Shown here piece after piece: positions 1-11,181 of a stretch of DNA of 64,000 nt. The DNA comes from Obrimoposthia wandeli. Lineage: Eukaryota. Position 1 is the first letter of the stretch. Every line of letters begins with the position of its first letter. The notes beneath the pieces are model-generated. The model ran no database searches and was not told the origin of the DNA. It saw nothing but the letters and a program-made list of their open reading frames with translations. A program made the translations under genes and the position numbers. The stretch covers positions 124,001 to 188,000 of the forward strand of contig CDROCS010002834.1 of the NCBI GenBank assembly GCA_977020255.1. Reading direction: 5' to 3'.

Positions 1-712
1 CAACACCAATAGTCGGAGCTGGATCTTTTAGCACACGGGGATCCGCTTCAACAACACGCGTCAGTACTTCCTTCGTTTTCTTCAAATCAGCGTTATAAGA
101 AACACCAATGACGAAATCAATACGACGAGTCTCATGACGAGAGTAGTTAGTAATTGCACTACCAATTACTGCACCGTTTGGTACAACAACCATTTTATTA
201 TCAGGTGTTGTTAGAATAGTTTGGAAAATCTGGATTGATTCAACAGAACCCGCCACACCACCAATTTCCACATAGTCACCAGATTTAAATGGACGGAAGG
301 CAACGATTAATACACCAGCAGCAAAGTTAGATAACGACCCTTGCAGTGCTAAACCAATTGCTAAACCAGCGGCACCAATTACTGCAACCACAGAAGCCGT
401 TTGAATACCTAAACGACCTAAAGCGGCAATAAGAACAATGACGAATAACAAGTAACGAACCAACGAGTGTAAGAACTCAACAACGGCTTCATCCATGTCT
501 TTCTTACGCAGCACTTTCGCAACGCCATTGGCAATGGTTTTTACAATGATATTACCAATAAATAAAATCAATACTGCCGAAACAAGATTCACGGCATATT
601 GCAGTAATAATTCTTGGTTATCTGCCACCCAATCACCAGCACTTAACACTGTCGCTGTTAATTCATTATCTGTAATTGTATCAACAACTTTATCAGTAAC
701 GCTCTCTGTCAT
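1..712 (-). CDS. mscS: Small-conductance mechanosensitive channel MscS (3' end runs off the window)
   Basis: Manual translation from ATG at 712: MTESVTDKVV...GAAGLAIGLALQGSLSNFAAGVLIVAFRPFKSGDYVEIGG, the MscS TM3 signature. Usual position downstream of fbaA. Confidence 0.93.
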   Translation of the reverse strand, partial: MTESVTDKVVDTITDNELTATVLSAGDWVADNQELLLQYAVNLVSAVLILFIGNIIVKTIANGVAKVLRKKDMDEAVVEFLHSLVRYLLFVIVLIAALGRLGIQTASVVAVIGAAGLAIGLALQGSLSNFAAGVLIVAFRPFKSGDYVEIGGVAGSVESIQIFQTILTTPDNKMVVVPNGAVIGSAITNYSRHETRRIDFVIGVSYNADLKKTKEVLTRVVEADPRVLKDPAPTIGV

Positions 713-987
713 TATAAATCTCTCTAATTATTAGTCCCGTAACCACCAACTATTATTTTTACGCAATGTATTATCATACAAGATGCATAGAGTAGTCATA
801 ATCTAGGGTTAAACTTACCTATTAATATAACAGCGTTTTTATAATTTACTGCCAAAGATTAACTAAAGTCAGAATTATTAAGTAATTTATTGCTATTAGG
901 GTAATAAAAAAATACCTAACAAAAATAAATAATCATAAATAAAATCGAATAAAGAACATTTAAAGTTATAACGCATTGTTGCAGAAC

Positions 988-1014
988 AAAAAAAACCCGC
1001 TAAATGCGGGCTTT
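988..1014 (-). terminator. Intrinsic terminator of fbaA
   Basis: CCCGC-taaat-GCGGG stem with an 8-T run on the minus strand. Confidence 0.8.
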
Positions 1015-1061
1015 AATAATCTCAATGTCCAACGCCTAAGCGTGGATTATTCTGTAATAAA

Positions 1062-2138
1062 TTACAGTACGTCGATTGCGTTAAGGTCAGAGAATGCTTT
1101 CTCTAGACGCGCAACCATTGACGTTTGACCAGCGCGTAACCAAACGCGTGGATCATAGTATTTCTTGTTTGGCGCAGATTCGCCAGTTGGGTTACCGATT
1201 TGACCTTGTAGGAAATCACGGTTTTCAGCTTCGTATGTACGAATGCCATCCCATGATGCCCACTGTGTATCAGTATCGATGTTCATTTTGATAACACCGT
1301 AACCGATAGACTCTTGGATTTCAGCTTCAGAAGAACCAGAACCACCGTGGAATACGAAGTTTAGTGCGTCAGATGCAATACCGAACTTCTCTGCACAGTA
1401 TGCTTGAGAGTCACGAAGGATAGTTGGAGTAAGAACAACGTTACCCGCTTGGTATACACCGTGTACATTACCGAAAGAAGCAGCGATAGTGAAACGTGGG
1501 CTGATAGCGTTTAGTTTCTCGTATGCGTAAGCTACATCTTCAGGTGACGTGTAAAGCTCAGAAGCGTCCATATCAGAGTTATCAACGCCGTCTTCTTCGC
1601 CGCCAGTACAACCTAGTTCGATTTCTAGCGTCATACCCATCTTAGCCATGCGCGCTAGGTACTTACCACAAGTTTCGATGTTTTCTTCTAGTGTTTCTTC
1701 AGAAAGGTCGATCATGTGAGAAGAGAATAGAGGCTTACCAGTTTGTGCGAAGAACTCTTCACCAGCGTCTAGTAGACCGTCGATCCATGGAAGAAGTTTC
1801 TTAGCAGCGTGGTCAGTATGAAGAATAACTGGAACACCGTAAGATGCCGCTACAGCGTGAACGTATTTTGCACCCGCTACAGCACCAAGGATTTGTGCAC
1901 CTTGACCTTCAAGTTTAACGCCTTTACCAGCGAAGAAACCAGCACCGCCGTTAGAGAACTGAACAACAACAGGCGCTTTAACTTTAGATGCTGCTTCTAG
2001 AACACCGTTGATAGTGTCTGTGTTAACAACGTTAACAGCTGGAAGAGCAAATTTGTTTTCTTTTGCTACTGCAAATACTTTCTGAACGTCATCGCCAGAA
2101 ATTACGCCAGGTTTTACAAAATCGAAGATCTTAGACAT
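1062..2138 (-). CDS. fbaA: Class II fructose-bisphosphate aldolase
   Basis: 358 aa; HTDH, GNVHG and VFHGGSG motifs; C-terminal KKYYDPRVWLR. Confidence 0.98.
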   Translation of the reverse strand: MSKIFDFVKPGVISGDDVQKVFAVAKENKFALPAVNVVNTDTINGVLEAASKVKAPVVVQFSNGGAGFFAGKGVKLEGQGAQILGAVAGAKYVHAVAASYGVPVILHTDHAAKKLLPWIDGLLDAGEEFFAQTGKPLFSSHMIDLSEETLEENIETCGKYLARMAKMGMTLEIELGCTGGEEDGVDNSDMDASELYTSPEDVAYAYEKLNAISPRFTIAASFGNVHGVYQAGNVVLTPTILRDSQAYCAEKFGIASDALNFVFHGGSGSSEAEIQESIGYGVIKMNIDTDTQWASWDGIRTYEAENRDFLQGQIGNPTGESAPNKKYYDPRVWLRAGQTSMVARLEKAFSDLNAIDVL

Positions 2139-2190
2139 AACAATTAGTCCTATTAACTTACGTAGTCGGTGTTTAATATTAAACGAATTT

Positions 2191-2244
2191 TTGCAAACGT
2201 TTGCTTCTGGTCAGCATTCTATAAAAAGTTGATCAGATTCACAA
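2191..2244 (-). promoter_or_regulatory. Internal sigma70 promoter for fbaA with a downstream LacI/PurR-like operator
   Basis: Minus strand TTGTGA (2244-2239), 17 bp, TAGAAT (2221-2216); palindrome AAGCAAACGTTTGCAA at 2206-2191. Confidence 0.55.
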
Positions 2245-2249
2245 ACATT

Positions 2250-2275
2250 AAAAGAAGGAAGCATTCGCTTCCTTC
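2250..2275 (-). terminator. Terminator-like hairpin after pgk
   Basis: GAAGGAAGC-attc-GCTTCCTTC followed by a T run on the minus strand. Confidence 0.65.
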
Positions 2276-2283
2276 CTATTTAA

Positions 2284-3447
2284 TTATGCTTTTGCACGTT
2301 CTTCTAGCATAGCAACTGCAGGTAATACTTTACCTTCAACGAACTCAAGGAACGCGCCGCCGCCAGTAGAGATGTAAGAAACGTCAGCCTTGATACCGAA
2401 CTTGTCGATAGCTGCTAATGTGTCACCACCGCCTGCAACAGAGAAACCTTCAGAATCTGCAATTGCTTTAGAAATACCAGCAGTACCCGCTTCAAAGTTT
2501 TTGAATTCAAATACGCCAACAGGGCCATTCCAAAGAATTGTCTTTGCATTCTTGATGATTTCAGCAAGAACGGCTGTTGAATCTGGACCTAGGTCGAAGA
2601 TCATGTCGTCGTCTTGAACTTCAGAAACATGCTTAATTACCGCTTCTGCGTTCTCGTCGAATGCTTTTGCACACGCAACATCAGTCGCAACAGGAATTGC
2701 ACACTCAACCATCAATTTTTTAGCCGTTTCAACTAAATCTGCTTCGTACAGTGATTTACCAACATTGTGGCCTTCAGCTGCGATGAATGTGTTCGCGATA
2801 CCACCACCAACAACAAGTTGGTCAGCAATTTTAGATAGCGACTCTAGAACAGTTAGCTTAGTTGATACTTTAGAACCACCAACGATTGCAACAAGTGGAC
2901 GAGCAGGGTTGTCCATTGCTTTACCAAGTGCTTCAAGTTCAGCAGCTAGTAGAGGACCAGCACACGCGATAGGTGCGTTCATGCCAACACCGTGAGTCGA
3001 TGCTTGTGCACGGTGAGCCGTACCAAATGCGTCCATCACGAAGATGTCACATAATGCAGCGTATTTCTTCGAAAGTTCTTCTTCGTTCTTCTTTTCGCCT
3101 TTGTTAAAGCGAACGTTTTCAAGAACAACTAGCTCACCAGCGTTTAATTCAAGACCATTTAGGTAATCTTTCGCTAGTTTAACGTCACAATCTAGTGCGT
3201 CATTTAAGTAGTTAACTACTGGCGCTAGAGAGAACTCTTCGTTGTACTCGCCTTCCGTTGGACGACCAAGGTGAGAAGTAACCATTACTTTCGCGCCAGC
3301 TTCTAAGCAAAGCTTAATCGTTGGTAGAGATGCAAGGATACGTGCATCAGAAGTTACTTTACCGTCTTTAACTGGTACGTTTAGATCTGCACGAATAAAT
3401 ACGCGCTTACCAGCAAGTTCCAGGTCAGTCATCTTGATTACAGACAT
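2284..3447 (-). CDS. pgk: Phosphoglycerate kinase
   Basis: MSVIKMTDL...[27 protein letters not shown]; start moved to ATG at 3447. Confidence 0.98.
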   Translation of the reverse strand: MSVIKMTDLELAGKRVFIRADLNVPVKDGKVTSDARILASLPTIKLCLEAGAKVMVTSHLGRPTEGEYNEEFSLAPVVNYLNDALDCDVKLAKDYLNGLELNAGELVVLENVRFNKGEKKNEEELSKKYAALCDIFVMDAFGTAHRAQASTHGVGMNAPIACAGPLLAAELEALGKAMDNPARPLVAIVGGSKVSTKLTVLESLSKIADQLVVGGGIANTFIAAEGHNVGKSLYEADLVETAKKLMVECAIPVATDVACAKAFDENAEAVIKHVSEVQDDDMIFDLGPDSTAVLAEIIKNAKTILWNGPVGVFEFKNFEAGTAGISKAIADSEGFSVAGGGDTLAAIDKFGIKADVSYISTGGGAFLEFVEGKVLPAVAMLEERAKA

Positions 3448-3530
3448 TGTTCGTCCTCTCAACAGTGTTAAAAATAAAAATTAAAGTTTTTACGAACCCA
3501 GCACGCTTGGTACTAAGCCCTAATAATTCT

Positions 3531-4589
3531 TTATTGCGGTTTTGCTTCGCTATGTTGTGCAGCATCAGAAGCATGCATTGCCAACGCCGTATCTAACATA
3601 CGATTCGCGAATCCCCATTCGTTATCACACCACACAAGCAACTTGATTAAATGCTTATTACTGACACGAGTTTGTGTGCCATCGACTATCGCGCTATGGG
3701 GATCGTGATTAAAGTCGATAGAGACCAAAGGTGCTTCTGTGTAATCCACTATGCTTTCTAATGTACAACGAGACACGTCAGACAATGCTTGATTTACGTC
3801 ATTAACTTTCACATTTGTCTTAACTGTGACACTTAAATCCATCGCAGTGACGTTAATTGTAGGAACTCTGACCGAAATTGCTTCAAATTTGTCAGCAAAT
3901 TTCGGAAATATACGTCCAATTCCAAGATGCAATTTTGTATCAACAGGAATAATAGACTGACTCGCGGCACGCGTTCGGCGTAGATCTGAATGGTAACCAT
4001 CAATAACTTGTTGATCATTCATCGCTGAGTGAATGGTTGTGATGGTGCCAGATTCAATGCCAAAAGCGTCATCAATAATCTTAATGACAGGTACGATACA
4101 ATTCGTCGTACATGAACCATTAGAAACAATGCGGTGTTCTGATGTGAGTGTTTTGTGGTTAACACCATAGATAATGGTATTGTCGATATCATTGGCGGCA
4201 GGGTGAGAAAATAAAACTTTCTTGGCACCTGCTTTGATATGGGCAAGACCATCGTCACGAGAACCATATACCCCAGTACAATCAAGCACTATATCGACAT
4301 CTAAATTATGCCAAGGAAGTAGGTTTATATCGCTTTGATGCAAGATACGAATATCATCCCGTTCTCCATTCTCATGAGCAATAAACAAATGCTCCTGATC
4401 ATGTGAGACAGGCTTAAAGAAACGTCCATGGCTAGAGTCATATTGTAATAAGTGAGCCATAGCTTCAGGCTCAGCCAATTCATTGACTGCTACAACGTTG
4501 ATGTGGTGGTGTTTGCCGCTCTCGTACAATGCGCGAAGCACACTGCGTCCGATGCGACCAAATCCGTTAATTGCGACTTTTAGTGTCAT
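3531..4589 (-). CDS. epd: D-erythrose-4-phosphate dehydrogenase
   Basis: [18 protein letters not shown] active site, WCDNEWGF; epd-pgk-fbaA order; start at ATG 4589. Confidence 0.95.
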   Translation of the reverse strand: MTLKVAINGFGRIGRSVLRALYESGKHHHINVVAVNELAEPEAMAHLLQYDSSHGRFFKPVSHDQEHLFIAHENGERDDIRILHQSDINLLPWHNLDVDIVLDCTGVYGSRDDGLAHIKAGAKKVLFSHPAANDIDNTIIYGVNHKTLTSEHRIVSNGSCTTNCIVPVIKIIDDAFGIESGTITTIHSAMNDQQVIDGYHSDLRRTRAASQSIIPVDTKLHLGIGRIFPKFADKFEAISVRVPTINVTAMDLSVTVKTNVKVNDVNQALSDVSRCTLESIVDYTEAPLVSIDFNHDPHSAIVDGTQTRVSNKHLIKLLVWCDNEWGFANRMLDTALAMHASDAAQHSEAKPQ

Positions 4590-4651
4590 ATCCGTGCTAC
4601 AAAAGTAATCAACAGCGCTAGTGTATAACAAGCTCAGCTTGGAATCACGAT

Positions 4652-4673
4652 AATTGTGACAGCTCTCACTCAA
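4652..4673. promoter_or_regulatory. Candidate CRP site upstream of epd
   Basis: AAT-TGTGA-cagctc-TCACT-CAA matches TGTGA-N6-TCACA at 9/10; E. coli epd is CRP-activated. Confidence 0.6.
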
Positions 4674-4774
4674 CACTAAGATAAAACAATAAAATCAAAT
4701 AGGTAAGCACAAGAAAAACGATAAATAAGGATATACATCTTGAACATTCGTCGTTTTAGTTCACATTTTTCAAT

Positions 4775-4804
4775 AAAAAAGGCTTCCATCGGAAGCCTTT
4801 TTTT
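4775..4804 (-). terminator. Intrinsic terminator of tkt
   Basis: AAAAAAGGCTTCC-atc-GGAAGCCTTTTTTT. Confidence 0.85.
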
Positions 4805-4863
4805 CACACTGCAAATTAAATCACCTTAAAATGGATAAATACCATTCAAGTGATCATCAACAA

Positions 4864-6876
4864 TTAAGCAAGTAGCTCTTTTGCTGTCTCAACAACGTTT
4901 TCAACCGTAAAGCCAAACATCTTGAATAGTTCGCCTGCAGGTGCAGACTCACCAAATGTTGTCATACCGATGATGCGACCATCTAAGCCAACGAACTTGT
5001 ACCAGTAGTCAGCAATACCCGCTTCAACTGCAATACGTGCAGTCACATCAGACGGTAATACCGATTCACGGTAAGCAGCATCTTGCTTGTCGTATGTGTC
5101 TGTTGCTGGCATAGAAACAACGCGAACCTTACGGCCTTCAGCAGTTAGCTGTGCGTAAGCTTCTGTTACTAGCTCAACTTCAGAACCTGTTGCGATAAGA
5201 ATTAGCTCAGGCTTGCCTTCACAATCTTTCAGGATGTAACCACCCTTCGCGATATTAGCTACTTGCGCATCAGTACGTGGTTGTTGTGCTAGGTTCTGAC
5301 GCGAGAAGATGAGCGCTGTAGGGCCATCTTTACGCTCGATTGCCAGTTTCCAAGCAACAGCAGATTCAACCTGATCACACGGACGCCATGTGCTCATGTT
5401 AGGTGTTAGACGCAGTGAAGCAATTTGCTCTACTGGCTGGTGCGTAGGGCCATCTTCACCCAGACCGATTGAGTCGTGCGTGTACACTTGGATGTTCTGA
5501 ATTTTCATCAGTGCAGCCATACGCATTGCGTTACGGGCATATTCCATAAACATTAAGAATGTTGCACCGTAAGGTACGAAGCCGCCGTGTAGCGCCATGC
5601 CGTTGATGATAGCGGTCATTGCGAATTCACGTACACCATAGTGGATGTAGTTACCGCTAAAGTCGCCAGCTTCTAGTGCTTTAGAACCCGACCACATCGT
5701 CAAGTTAGACGGTGCAAGATCAGCAGAGCCGCCCATGAATTCAGGCACAAGCTTACCGAATGCTTCCAGCGTGTTTTGAGACGCTTTACGTGACGCAATG
5801 TTTGCTGGGTTCGCTTGAAGATCTGCGATGATTTTGCTTGTTTCAGCTTCCCAATTAGCAGGAAGGTCGCCAACTGTACGACGCTTAAATTCAGCCGCTA
5901 ATGCAGGGTGATCCGCTGCGTATGCTGCAAACTTCTCATCCCATGCTGATTCTTTAGTAGAGCCTGCTTCTTTCGCATCCCATTCTGCTGCAATGTCAGC
6001 AGGGATTTCGAAAGGACCGTGGTTCCAGCCAAGGAATTCACGTGCAGCTGCGATTTCTTCAGCGCCCAGAGGAGCACCGTGACAATCGTGTGTGCCCGCT
6101 TTGTTTGGTGAACCAAAACCGATAATAGTCTTAGCACAAATAAGCGTTGGCTTACCTGTTTCAGCTTTTGCTGCTTCGATTGCCGCGTTGATTGCATCAG
6201 CATCGTGACCATCAACCGCAGGAATAACATGCCAACCGTACGCTTCAAAACGCTTAGGTGTATCGTCTGTGAACCAACCTTCAACGTTACCATCGATAGA
6301 GATACCGTTGTCATCCCAGAAAGCAACCAGCTTACCCAGACCCAACGTACCCGCTAAAGAACATGCTTCATGAGAAATACCTTCCATCATGCAACCATCA
6401 CCTAAGAAGGTGTAGGTATGGTGATCAACAACTTTGTGACCGTCACGGTTGAATTGGTCTGCCATTGCTTTTTCAGCAATCGCCATACCCACCGCGTTAG
6501 TAATACCTTGGCCTAGTGGACCTGTCGTCGTTTCAATACCCGGAGCGTAACCGTATTCAGGGTGACCCGGTGTTTTTGAGTGAAGTTGACGGAAATTTTT
6601 CAGATCGCTAATAGACAGATCGTAACCTGTTAGGTGAAGCAGAGAATAAATTAGCATTGAACCGTGGCCGTTTGACAAAATGAAACGGTCGCGATCAGCC
6701 CACTGTGGGTTTTGTGGGTTGTGGTTCATGTGGCTGCGCCACAGTACTTCAGCGATATCAGCCATACCCATTGGTGCACCAGGGTGGCCAGAGTTAGCTT
6801 GTTGAACACCGTCCATACTTAGGGCACGGATTGCATTTGCCAGCTCTTTACGAGAATTAGCGTTACGTGAAGACAT
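4864..6876 (-). CDS. tkt: Transketolase
   Basis: 670 aa; [12 protein letters not shown]...N thiamine motif, [15 protein letters not shown]. Confidence 0.98.
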   Translation of the reverse strand: MSSRNANSRKELANAIRALSMDGVQQANSGHPGAPMGMADIAEVLWRSHMNHNPQNPQWADRDRFILSNGHGSMLIYSLLHLTGYDLSISDLKNFRQLHSKTPGHPEYGYAPGIETTTGPLGQGITNAVGMAIAEKAMADQFNRDGHKVVDHHTYTFLGDGCMMEGISHEACSLAGTLGLGKLVAFWDDNGISIDGNVEGWFTDDTPKRFEAYGWHVIPAVDGHDADAINAAIEAAKAETGKPTLICAKTIIGFGSPNKAGTHDCHGAPLGAEEIAAAREFLGWNHGPFEIPADIAAEWDAKEAGSTKESAWDEKFAAYAADHPALAAEFKRRTVGDLPANWEAETSKIIADLQANPANIASRKASQNTLEAFGKLVPEFMGGSADLAPSNLTMWSGSKALEAGDFSGNYIHYGVREFAMTAIINGMALHGGFVPYGATFLMFMEYARNAMRMAALMKIQNIQVYTHDSIGLGEDGPTHQPVEQIASLRLTPNMSTWRPCDQVESAVAWKLAIERKDGPTALIFSRQNLAQQPRTDAQVANIAKGGYILKDCEGKPELILIATGSEVELVTEAYAQLTAEGRKVRVVSMPATDTYDKQDAAYRESVLPSDVTARIAVEAGIADYWYKFVGLDGRIIGMTTFGESAPAGELFKMFGFTVENVVETAKELLA

Positions 6877-6986
6877 GTCTGCTCCAGAAATTAGTAGACT
6901 GTATATTTTAAGTTATCGGTCAACACAAATGCGACCAATTAACCATGATTCGGCGGGCGGGTATTGTCGCAAAGACAGCCCCCTTA

Positions 6987-7002
6987 CTGCAATCGTTTTC
7001 CT
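6987..7002. promoter_or_regulatory. PurR-box-like operator overlapping the putative tkt -35
   Basis: CTGCAATCGTTTTCCT; minus strand TTGCAG-18-GACAAT promoter-like pair. Confidence 0.5.
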
Positions 7003-7072
7003 GAAGAAAATTAGCCTATTTTCAATAGGCTGAAAATAAGTATCACTAAGCTACTGTAAATAAAAGCAGTTA

Positions 7073-7088
7073 AGGGAAACGTTTGCTT
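7073..7088. promoter_or_regulatory. Second PurR-box-like operator in the tkt-metK divergent region
   Basis: AGGGAAACGTTTGCTT (reverse complement AAGCAAACGTTTCCCT). Confidence 0.5.
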
Positions 7089-7149
7089 CTTCTTAAAAAG
7101 ATGACCTTACTCTTCGCGCTGTTGATTTTATAACTACTTCGAGTATTAT

Positions 7150-7197
7150 AGCCGTCTAGACGGAGGTAGCTCTATACATACAAACGTATATCCGTGT
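7150..7197. promoter_or_regulatory. Tandem MetJ boxes upstream of metK
   Basis: Six in-register 8-mers compared with AGACGTCT: AGCCGTCT (7/8), AGACGGAG, GTAGCTCT, ATACATAC, AAACGTAT (6/8), ATCCGTGT. Confidence 0.7.
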
Positions 7198-7275
7198 ATG
7201 CCTTGTAATGATTTACAAGCAAGTATTCACCAGAGCTATCGCTTATCAATCAATGTTAATGAAGTGAGAATACTC

Positions 7276-8430
7276 ATGGCAAAACACCTGTTTACTTCTG
7301 AGTCTGTATCGGAAGGTCATCCAGATAAAATTGCAGACCAAATCTCAGATGCAGTCTTGGATGCAATTCTAGAGCAAGACCCAAAAGCACGTGTTGCTTG
7401 TGAGACTTACGTAAAAACCGGCATGGTAATGGTTGGCGGTGAAATCACCACTTCTGCATGGGTTGATATCGAAGAAATTACGCGTGAGACGATTCGCGAA
7501 ATCGGCTACGTAAACTCTGAAATGGGTTTTGATGCAAACTCTTGTGCTGTATTAAGTGCAATCGGTAAGCAGTCTCCAGACATCAACCAAGGTGTTGACC
7601 GTGAAGATCCGCGCGAACTAGGCGCTGGTGACCAAGGTATCATGTTTGGTTACGCATCAGACGAAACAGACGTGCTAATGCCAGCACCTGTTACGTATGC
7701 GCACCGCTTAGTTGAGCGTCAAGCTAAAGTACGTAAAAACGGTACACTACCTTGGTTACGTCCAGATGCAAAAAGCCAAGTAACATTTGCATACGATCAA
7801 GGTAAAATTGTTGGTATCGATGCTGTAGTTCTTTCAACTCAGCACAGCGACTGTATTGATTTACCAGTATTGCAAGAAGCAGTAATGGAAGAAATCATCA
7901 AGCCTGTACTACCAGCTGAATGGTTGACTAAAGAAACTAAATTCTTCATCAACCCAACCGGTCGTTTTGTTATTGGTGGCCCTATGGGTGACTGTGGTCT
8001 TACTGGTCGTAAGATTATTGTTGATACATACGGTGGTGCAGCACGTCACGGTGGCGGTGCATTCTCTGGTAAAGATCCATCAAAAGTTGACCGTTCAGCA
8101 GCTTACGCAGCACGATATGTTGCTAAAAACATTGTTGCTGCAGGTCTGGCTTCGCGTTGTGAAATTCAACTTTCATACGCGATTGGTGTTGCAGATCCAA
8201 CATCTATCATGGTTGAAACGTTTGGTACTGAAAAAGTGTCTCATGACATCATTGTTGATGCTGTTCGTCAAAACTTCGACTTACGCCCATACGGTCTAAT
8301 CGAAATGCTTGACCTACTTCAGCCAATCTACAAGAAAACAGCAGCATACGGTCACTTTGGTCGTGAAGAATTCCCTTGGGAAGCGACTGATAAAATTGAA
8401 ATGCTACGCGACTTCGCTAACTTTAAGTAA
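7276..8430 (+). CDS. metK: S-adenosylmethionine synthetase
   Basis: [33 protein letters not shown]; start at ATG 7276. Confidence 0.98.
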   Translation: MAKHLFTSESVSEGHPDKIADQISDAVLDAILEQDPKARVACETYVKTGMVMVGGEITTSAWVDIEEITRETIREIGYVNSEMGFDANSCAVLSAIGKQSPDINQGVDREDPRELGAGDQGIMFGYASDETDVLMPAPVTYAHRLVERQAKVRKNGTLPWLRPDAKSQVTFAYDQGKIVGIDAVVLSTQHSDCIDLPVLQEAVMEEIIKPVLPAEWLTKETKFFINPTGRFVIGGPMGDCGLTGRKIIVDTYGGAARHGGGAFSGKDPSKVDRSAAYAARYVAKNIVAAGLASRCEIQLSYAIGVADPTSIMVETFGTEKVSHDIIVDAVRQNFDLRPYGLIEMLDLLQPIYKKTAAYGHFGREEFPWEATDKIEMLRDFANFK

Positions 8431-8452
8431 GCCAAGCGTACACAGTTCAAAC

Positions 8453-8478
8453 AAAAGGAAGCTTCGGCTTCCTTTTTT
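8453..8478 (+). terminator. Intrinsic terminator of metK
   Basis: AAAAGGAAGC-ttcg-GCTTCCTTTTTT. Confidence 0.9.
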
Positions 8479-8494
8479 ATATTTAAAAATTAGC

Positions 8495-8762
8495 GTATAC
8501 CCAAGCTACCTCAAGATGCAGGATTCAGAGTGATCTCAGCGTATTTAATTCAAGGAAAATGTGTGTAGGAATGGCATTCCCTTTCAAACACATTTGACAC
8601 AGAAGTAGATACGCTGAATCACTCCCGAAGGGCGAGTTTTGTTGGGCTCTATGCGGTGTTACTTATTTTCAACGTAGAACGACTAGGTCTATAAATAAGT
8701 GCCTTGCCTAGAGCCCAACAAATTCTCGCTGAAACGAGCATCTTGAGGTAACTTGGGTATAC
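8495..8762. mobile_element. Non-autonomous miniature inverted-repeat element (ERIC-like MITE), ~268 bp
   Basis: 25-bp terminal inverted repeats GTATACCCAAGCTACCTCAAGATGC / GCATCTTGAGGTAACTTGGGTATAC with 1 mismatch, TA at both ends, two long internal inverted repeats, no transposase. Confidence 0.85.
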
Positions 8763-8806
8763 AATCTTTTGAAGCCTTCTACTCACTACCAACGAAAGAA
8801 AAGTGC

Positions 8807-9289
8807 ATGATCCCTCTTCACACTCAAGTCATCAATAATACGCGCGATTGTATTTCCCTTGCTGAAAAAAAATTAAATCAGTCATTTGATATGCCCGTTG
8901 TCAGCTTTAAACAACGTGGGAAAATTGCAGGCAGTGCTCGCTATTCACTGTGGGAAGTACGTTTTAATCCAGTGCTACTCGCTGAAAATCCAGAGGCCTT
9001 TATTAATGAAGTGGTGCCTCATGAAGTCGCCCATTTACTCACCTTTAAACTGTTTGGACGTGTTCGACCACATGGTAAAGAGTGGCAGACAATGATGACT
9101 CAAGTCTTTGGTATTCCCGCTCGCACTACCCATAGTTTCGATATTTCATCGGTTCGCGGTTCAACGTTTCTTTATCGTTGTGCCTGCCGCGATCATCATC
9201 TCAGTATTCGTCGCCATAATAAAATTGTTCGCCAACAAACCCTTTATCACTGCACCCAGTGCCGCCAAGCATTGTCGCCAAAGGTATAA
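8807..9289 (+). CDS. sprT: SprT family zinc metalloprotease-like protein
   Basis: HEVAH (HExxH), RPHGKEW, C-terminal Cys pairs; start at ATG 8807 because the longer ORF start lies inside the MITE. Confidence 0.9.
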   Translation: MIPLHTQVINNTRDCISLAEKKLNQSFDMPVVSFKQRGKIAGSARYSLWEVRFNPVLLAENPEAFINEVVPHEVAHLLTFKLFGRVRPHGKEWQTMMTQVFGIPARTTHSFDISSVRGSTFLYRCACRDHHLSIRRHNKIVRQQTLYHCTQCRQALSPKV

Positions 9290-9462
9290 TACAAATCTAG
9301 AGTGGTATAAAGCGACCTCAGATAAAAATACATAAATCTCGCTCTTATACTTGTGACTCTTGATCAAGAAATGTAATTAACAATAATAATAACAGTGAAG
9401 TGCTTCTAAAATAATTGGATATTGATAAGCTTGTGTTACTGATTTTCAGCGCAGGATATCCA

Positions 9463-10206
9463 ATGAAAAGACCATTTACATGGCTAGTACTCCTACTATT
9501 GCCAACAACAGCCCTTGCAGCTCCCCCTTCTTCATTTAGTAAAGCAAAACGTCTAGCCGTTGAGATCTATCAAGATCATCCCACCAGCTTCTATTGCGGC
9601 TGCGCTATTACATGGCAAGGTAAGAAAGGGCTACCTGATCTTGCTGGTTGTGGTTATGAGGTTCGCAAACAAGAAAAGCGGGCTAATCGAATAGAGTGGG
9701 AACACGTGGTACCAGCTGAAAACTTTGGTCGAGCATTTATCGAGTGGCGTGAAGGTCACCCTCAATGTGTGAACAGTAAAGGTAAAGCCTATAAAGGCCG
9801 CTCTTGTGCCACGAAAATGAACCCAACCTACCGTTCTATGCAGGCCGACCTTCATAATTTAACGCCAGCGGTTGGTGAAGTGAATGGCGATCGCTCTAAC
9901 TACGCATTCTTACCGTGGAATGGCAATAACGGCGCCTTTTATGGTCAGTGTGACATGAAAATTGATTTCAAAAATCGCCGCGCTGATCCGCCCGAACAAT
10001 CACGCGGGGCCATTGCACGTACCTATTTGTACATGAACCAAGAATATAAAATGGCGTTATCTAGTCAGCAACGTCAGTTAATGGAATCATGGAACCGACA
10101 ATATCCAATAAGTACATGGGAATGTGAACGTGACCGTCGAATTGCTAACATTCAAGACAATCACAACAGTTTTGTGCTTAAAGCCTGTGAAAAAGCAGGT
10201 TACTAA
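9463..10206 (+). CDS. endA: Periplasmic/extracellular endonuclease I (EndA/Vvn/Dns family)
   Basis: Signal peptide, [25 protein letters not shown]. Confidence 0.95.
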   Translation: MKRPFTWLVLLLLPTTALAAPPSSFSKAKRLAVEIYQDHPTSFYCGCAITWQGKKGLPDLAGCGYEVRKQEKRANRIEWEHVVPAENFGRAFIEWREGHPQCVNSKGKAYKGRSCATKMNPTYRSMQADLHNLTPAVGEVNGDRSNYAFLPWNGNNGAFYGQCDMKIDFKNRRADPPEQSRGAIARTYLYMNQEYKMALSSQQRQLMESWNRQYPISTWECERDRRIANIQDNHNSFVLKACEKAGY

Positions 10207-10238
10207 ACTTATCGAATTATTCGTCGTTTAGTACCACA

Positions 10239-10271
10239 TGAGTAACGAGAGCAATGCACTCTCGTTACTCA
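10239..10271. repeat. Perfect 13-bp inverted repeat after endA
   Basis: TGAGTAACGAGAG-caatgca-CTCTCGTTACTCA, no U-tract. Confidence 0.7.
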
Positions 10272-10420
10272 CGTAACCATGACATATAGATACCTTCGTT
10301 TAAAAATTCCCAACCGCTACTCCCGATGTTATTTTCTCTCAACCTTGTAATTCGCTCTTCTCGTATCCATGTTAATATTCACGCAAGAACATTAAATTAT
10401 TACAGGTTATCAACCTCGCC

Positions 10421-11152
10421 ATGAGAATCCCCCGAATTTACCACCCTGAACTATTACCTTCACAAGGCAAGGTAATGTTAAGCGATGACGCTGCCAATCA
10501 CGTTGGTCGTGTTATGCGTATGCAAGTGGGTCAGGAAGTGCTGTTGTTCGATGGTAGCAATGCTGAATTTCCAGCCGTTATCAGTACAGCCAGCAAGAAA
10601 AATGTTGAAGTAGAAATCCAGTGCCGTAATGAAAACAGCATTGAATCTCCGCTAAACATTCACTTAGGACAGGTGATTTCTCGTGGTGAGAAAATGGAAT
10701 TTACCATCCAGAAATCCGTTGAGCTGGGCGTTATGACGATTACGCCTCTGATTTCAGAGCGTTGTGGTGTAAAACTCAATGCCGAACGTTTTGAAAAGAA
10801 ACTCGCACAATGGCAAAAAATTGTAATTGCTGCCTGTGAACAATGTGGCCGTAATGTGATTCCAGAAATCCGCCCAGTCATGAAACTAGAAGACTGGTGT
10901 GCTGAAGAGTACGATGGTCTAAAACTAAATCTACACCCTCGAGCAAACTACTCAATCAATACTTTGCCAGAGCCTGTAACGAAAGTACGCTTACTTATTG
11001 GCCCTGAAGGCGGTTTGTCTGCTGAAGAAATTAGCATGACAGAACAATACAAGTTCGATGAGATCTTGCTTGGTCCGCGTGTACTTCGTACCGAAACAAC
11101 AGCAATGACCGCGATTACAGCACTTCAAGTACGCTTTGGTGATTTAGGTTAA
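10421..11152 (+). CDS. rsmE: 16S rRNA m3U1498 methyltransferase
   Basis: [31 protein letters not shown] motifs. Confidence 0.97.
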   Translation: MRIPRIYHPELLPSQGKVMLSDDAANHVGRVMRMQVGQEVLLFDGSNAEFPAVISTASKKNVEVEIQCRNENSIESPLNIHLGQVISRGEKMEFTIQKSVELGVMTITPLISERCGVKLNAERFEKKLAQWQKIVIAACEQCGRNVIPEIRPVMKLEDWCAEEYDGLKLNLHPRANYSINTLPEPVTKVRLLIGPEGGLSAEEISMTEQYKFDEILLGPRVLRTETTAMTAITALQVRFGDLG

Positions 11153-11181
11153 CCAAGCCAACGACAGATTAGGAGATACAA

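Noticed and set aside
8495-8762. attC site or riboswitch interpretation of the structured element
   Set aside because: No RYYYAAC/GTTRRRY cores. It lies downstream of the metK terminator and has TA-flanked TIRs, which fits a MITE.
8753-8806. N-terminal extension of sprT
   Set aside because: The TTG start lies inside the MITE right TIR; ATG 8807 gives a normal-length SprT.
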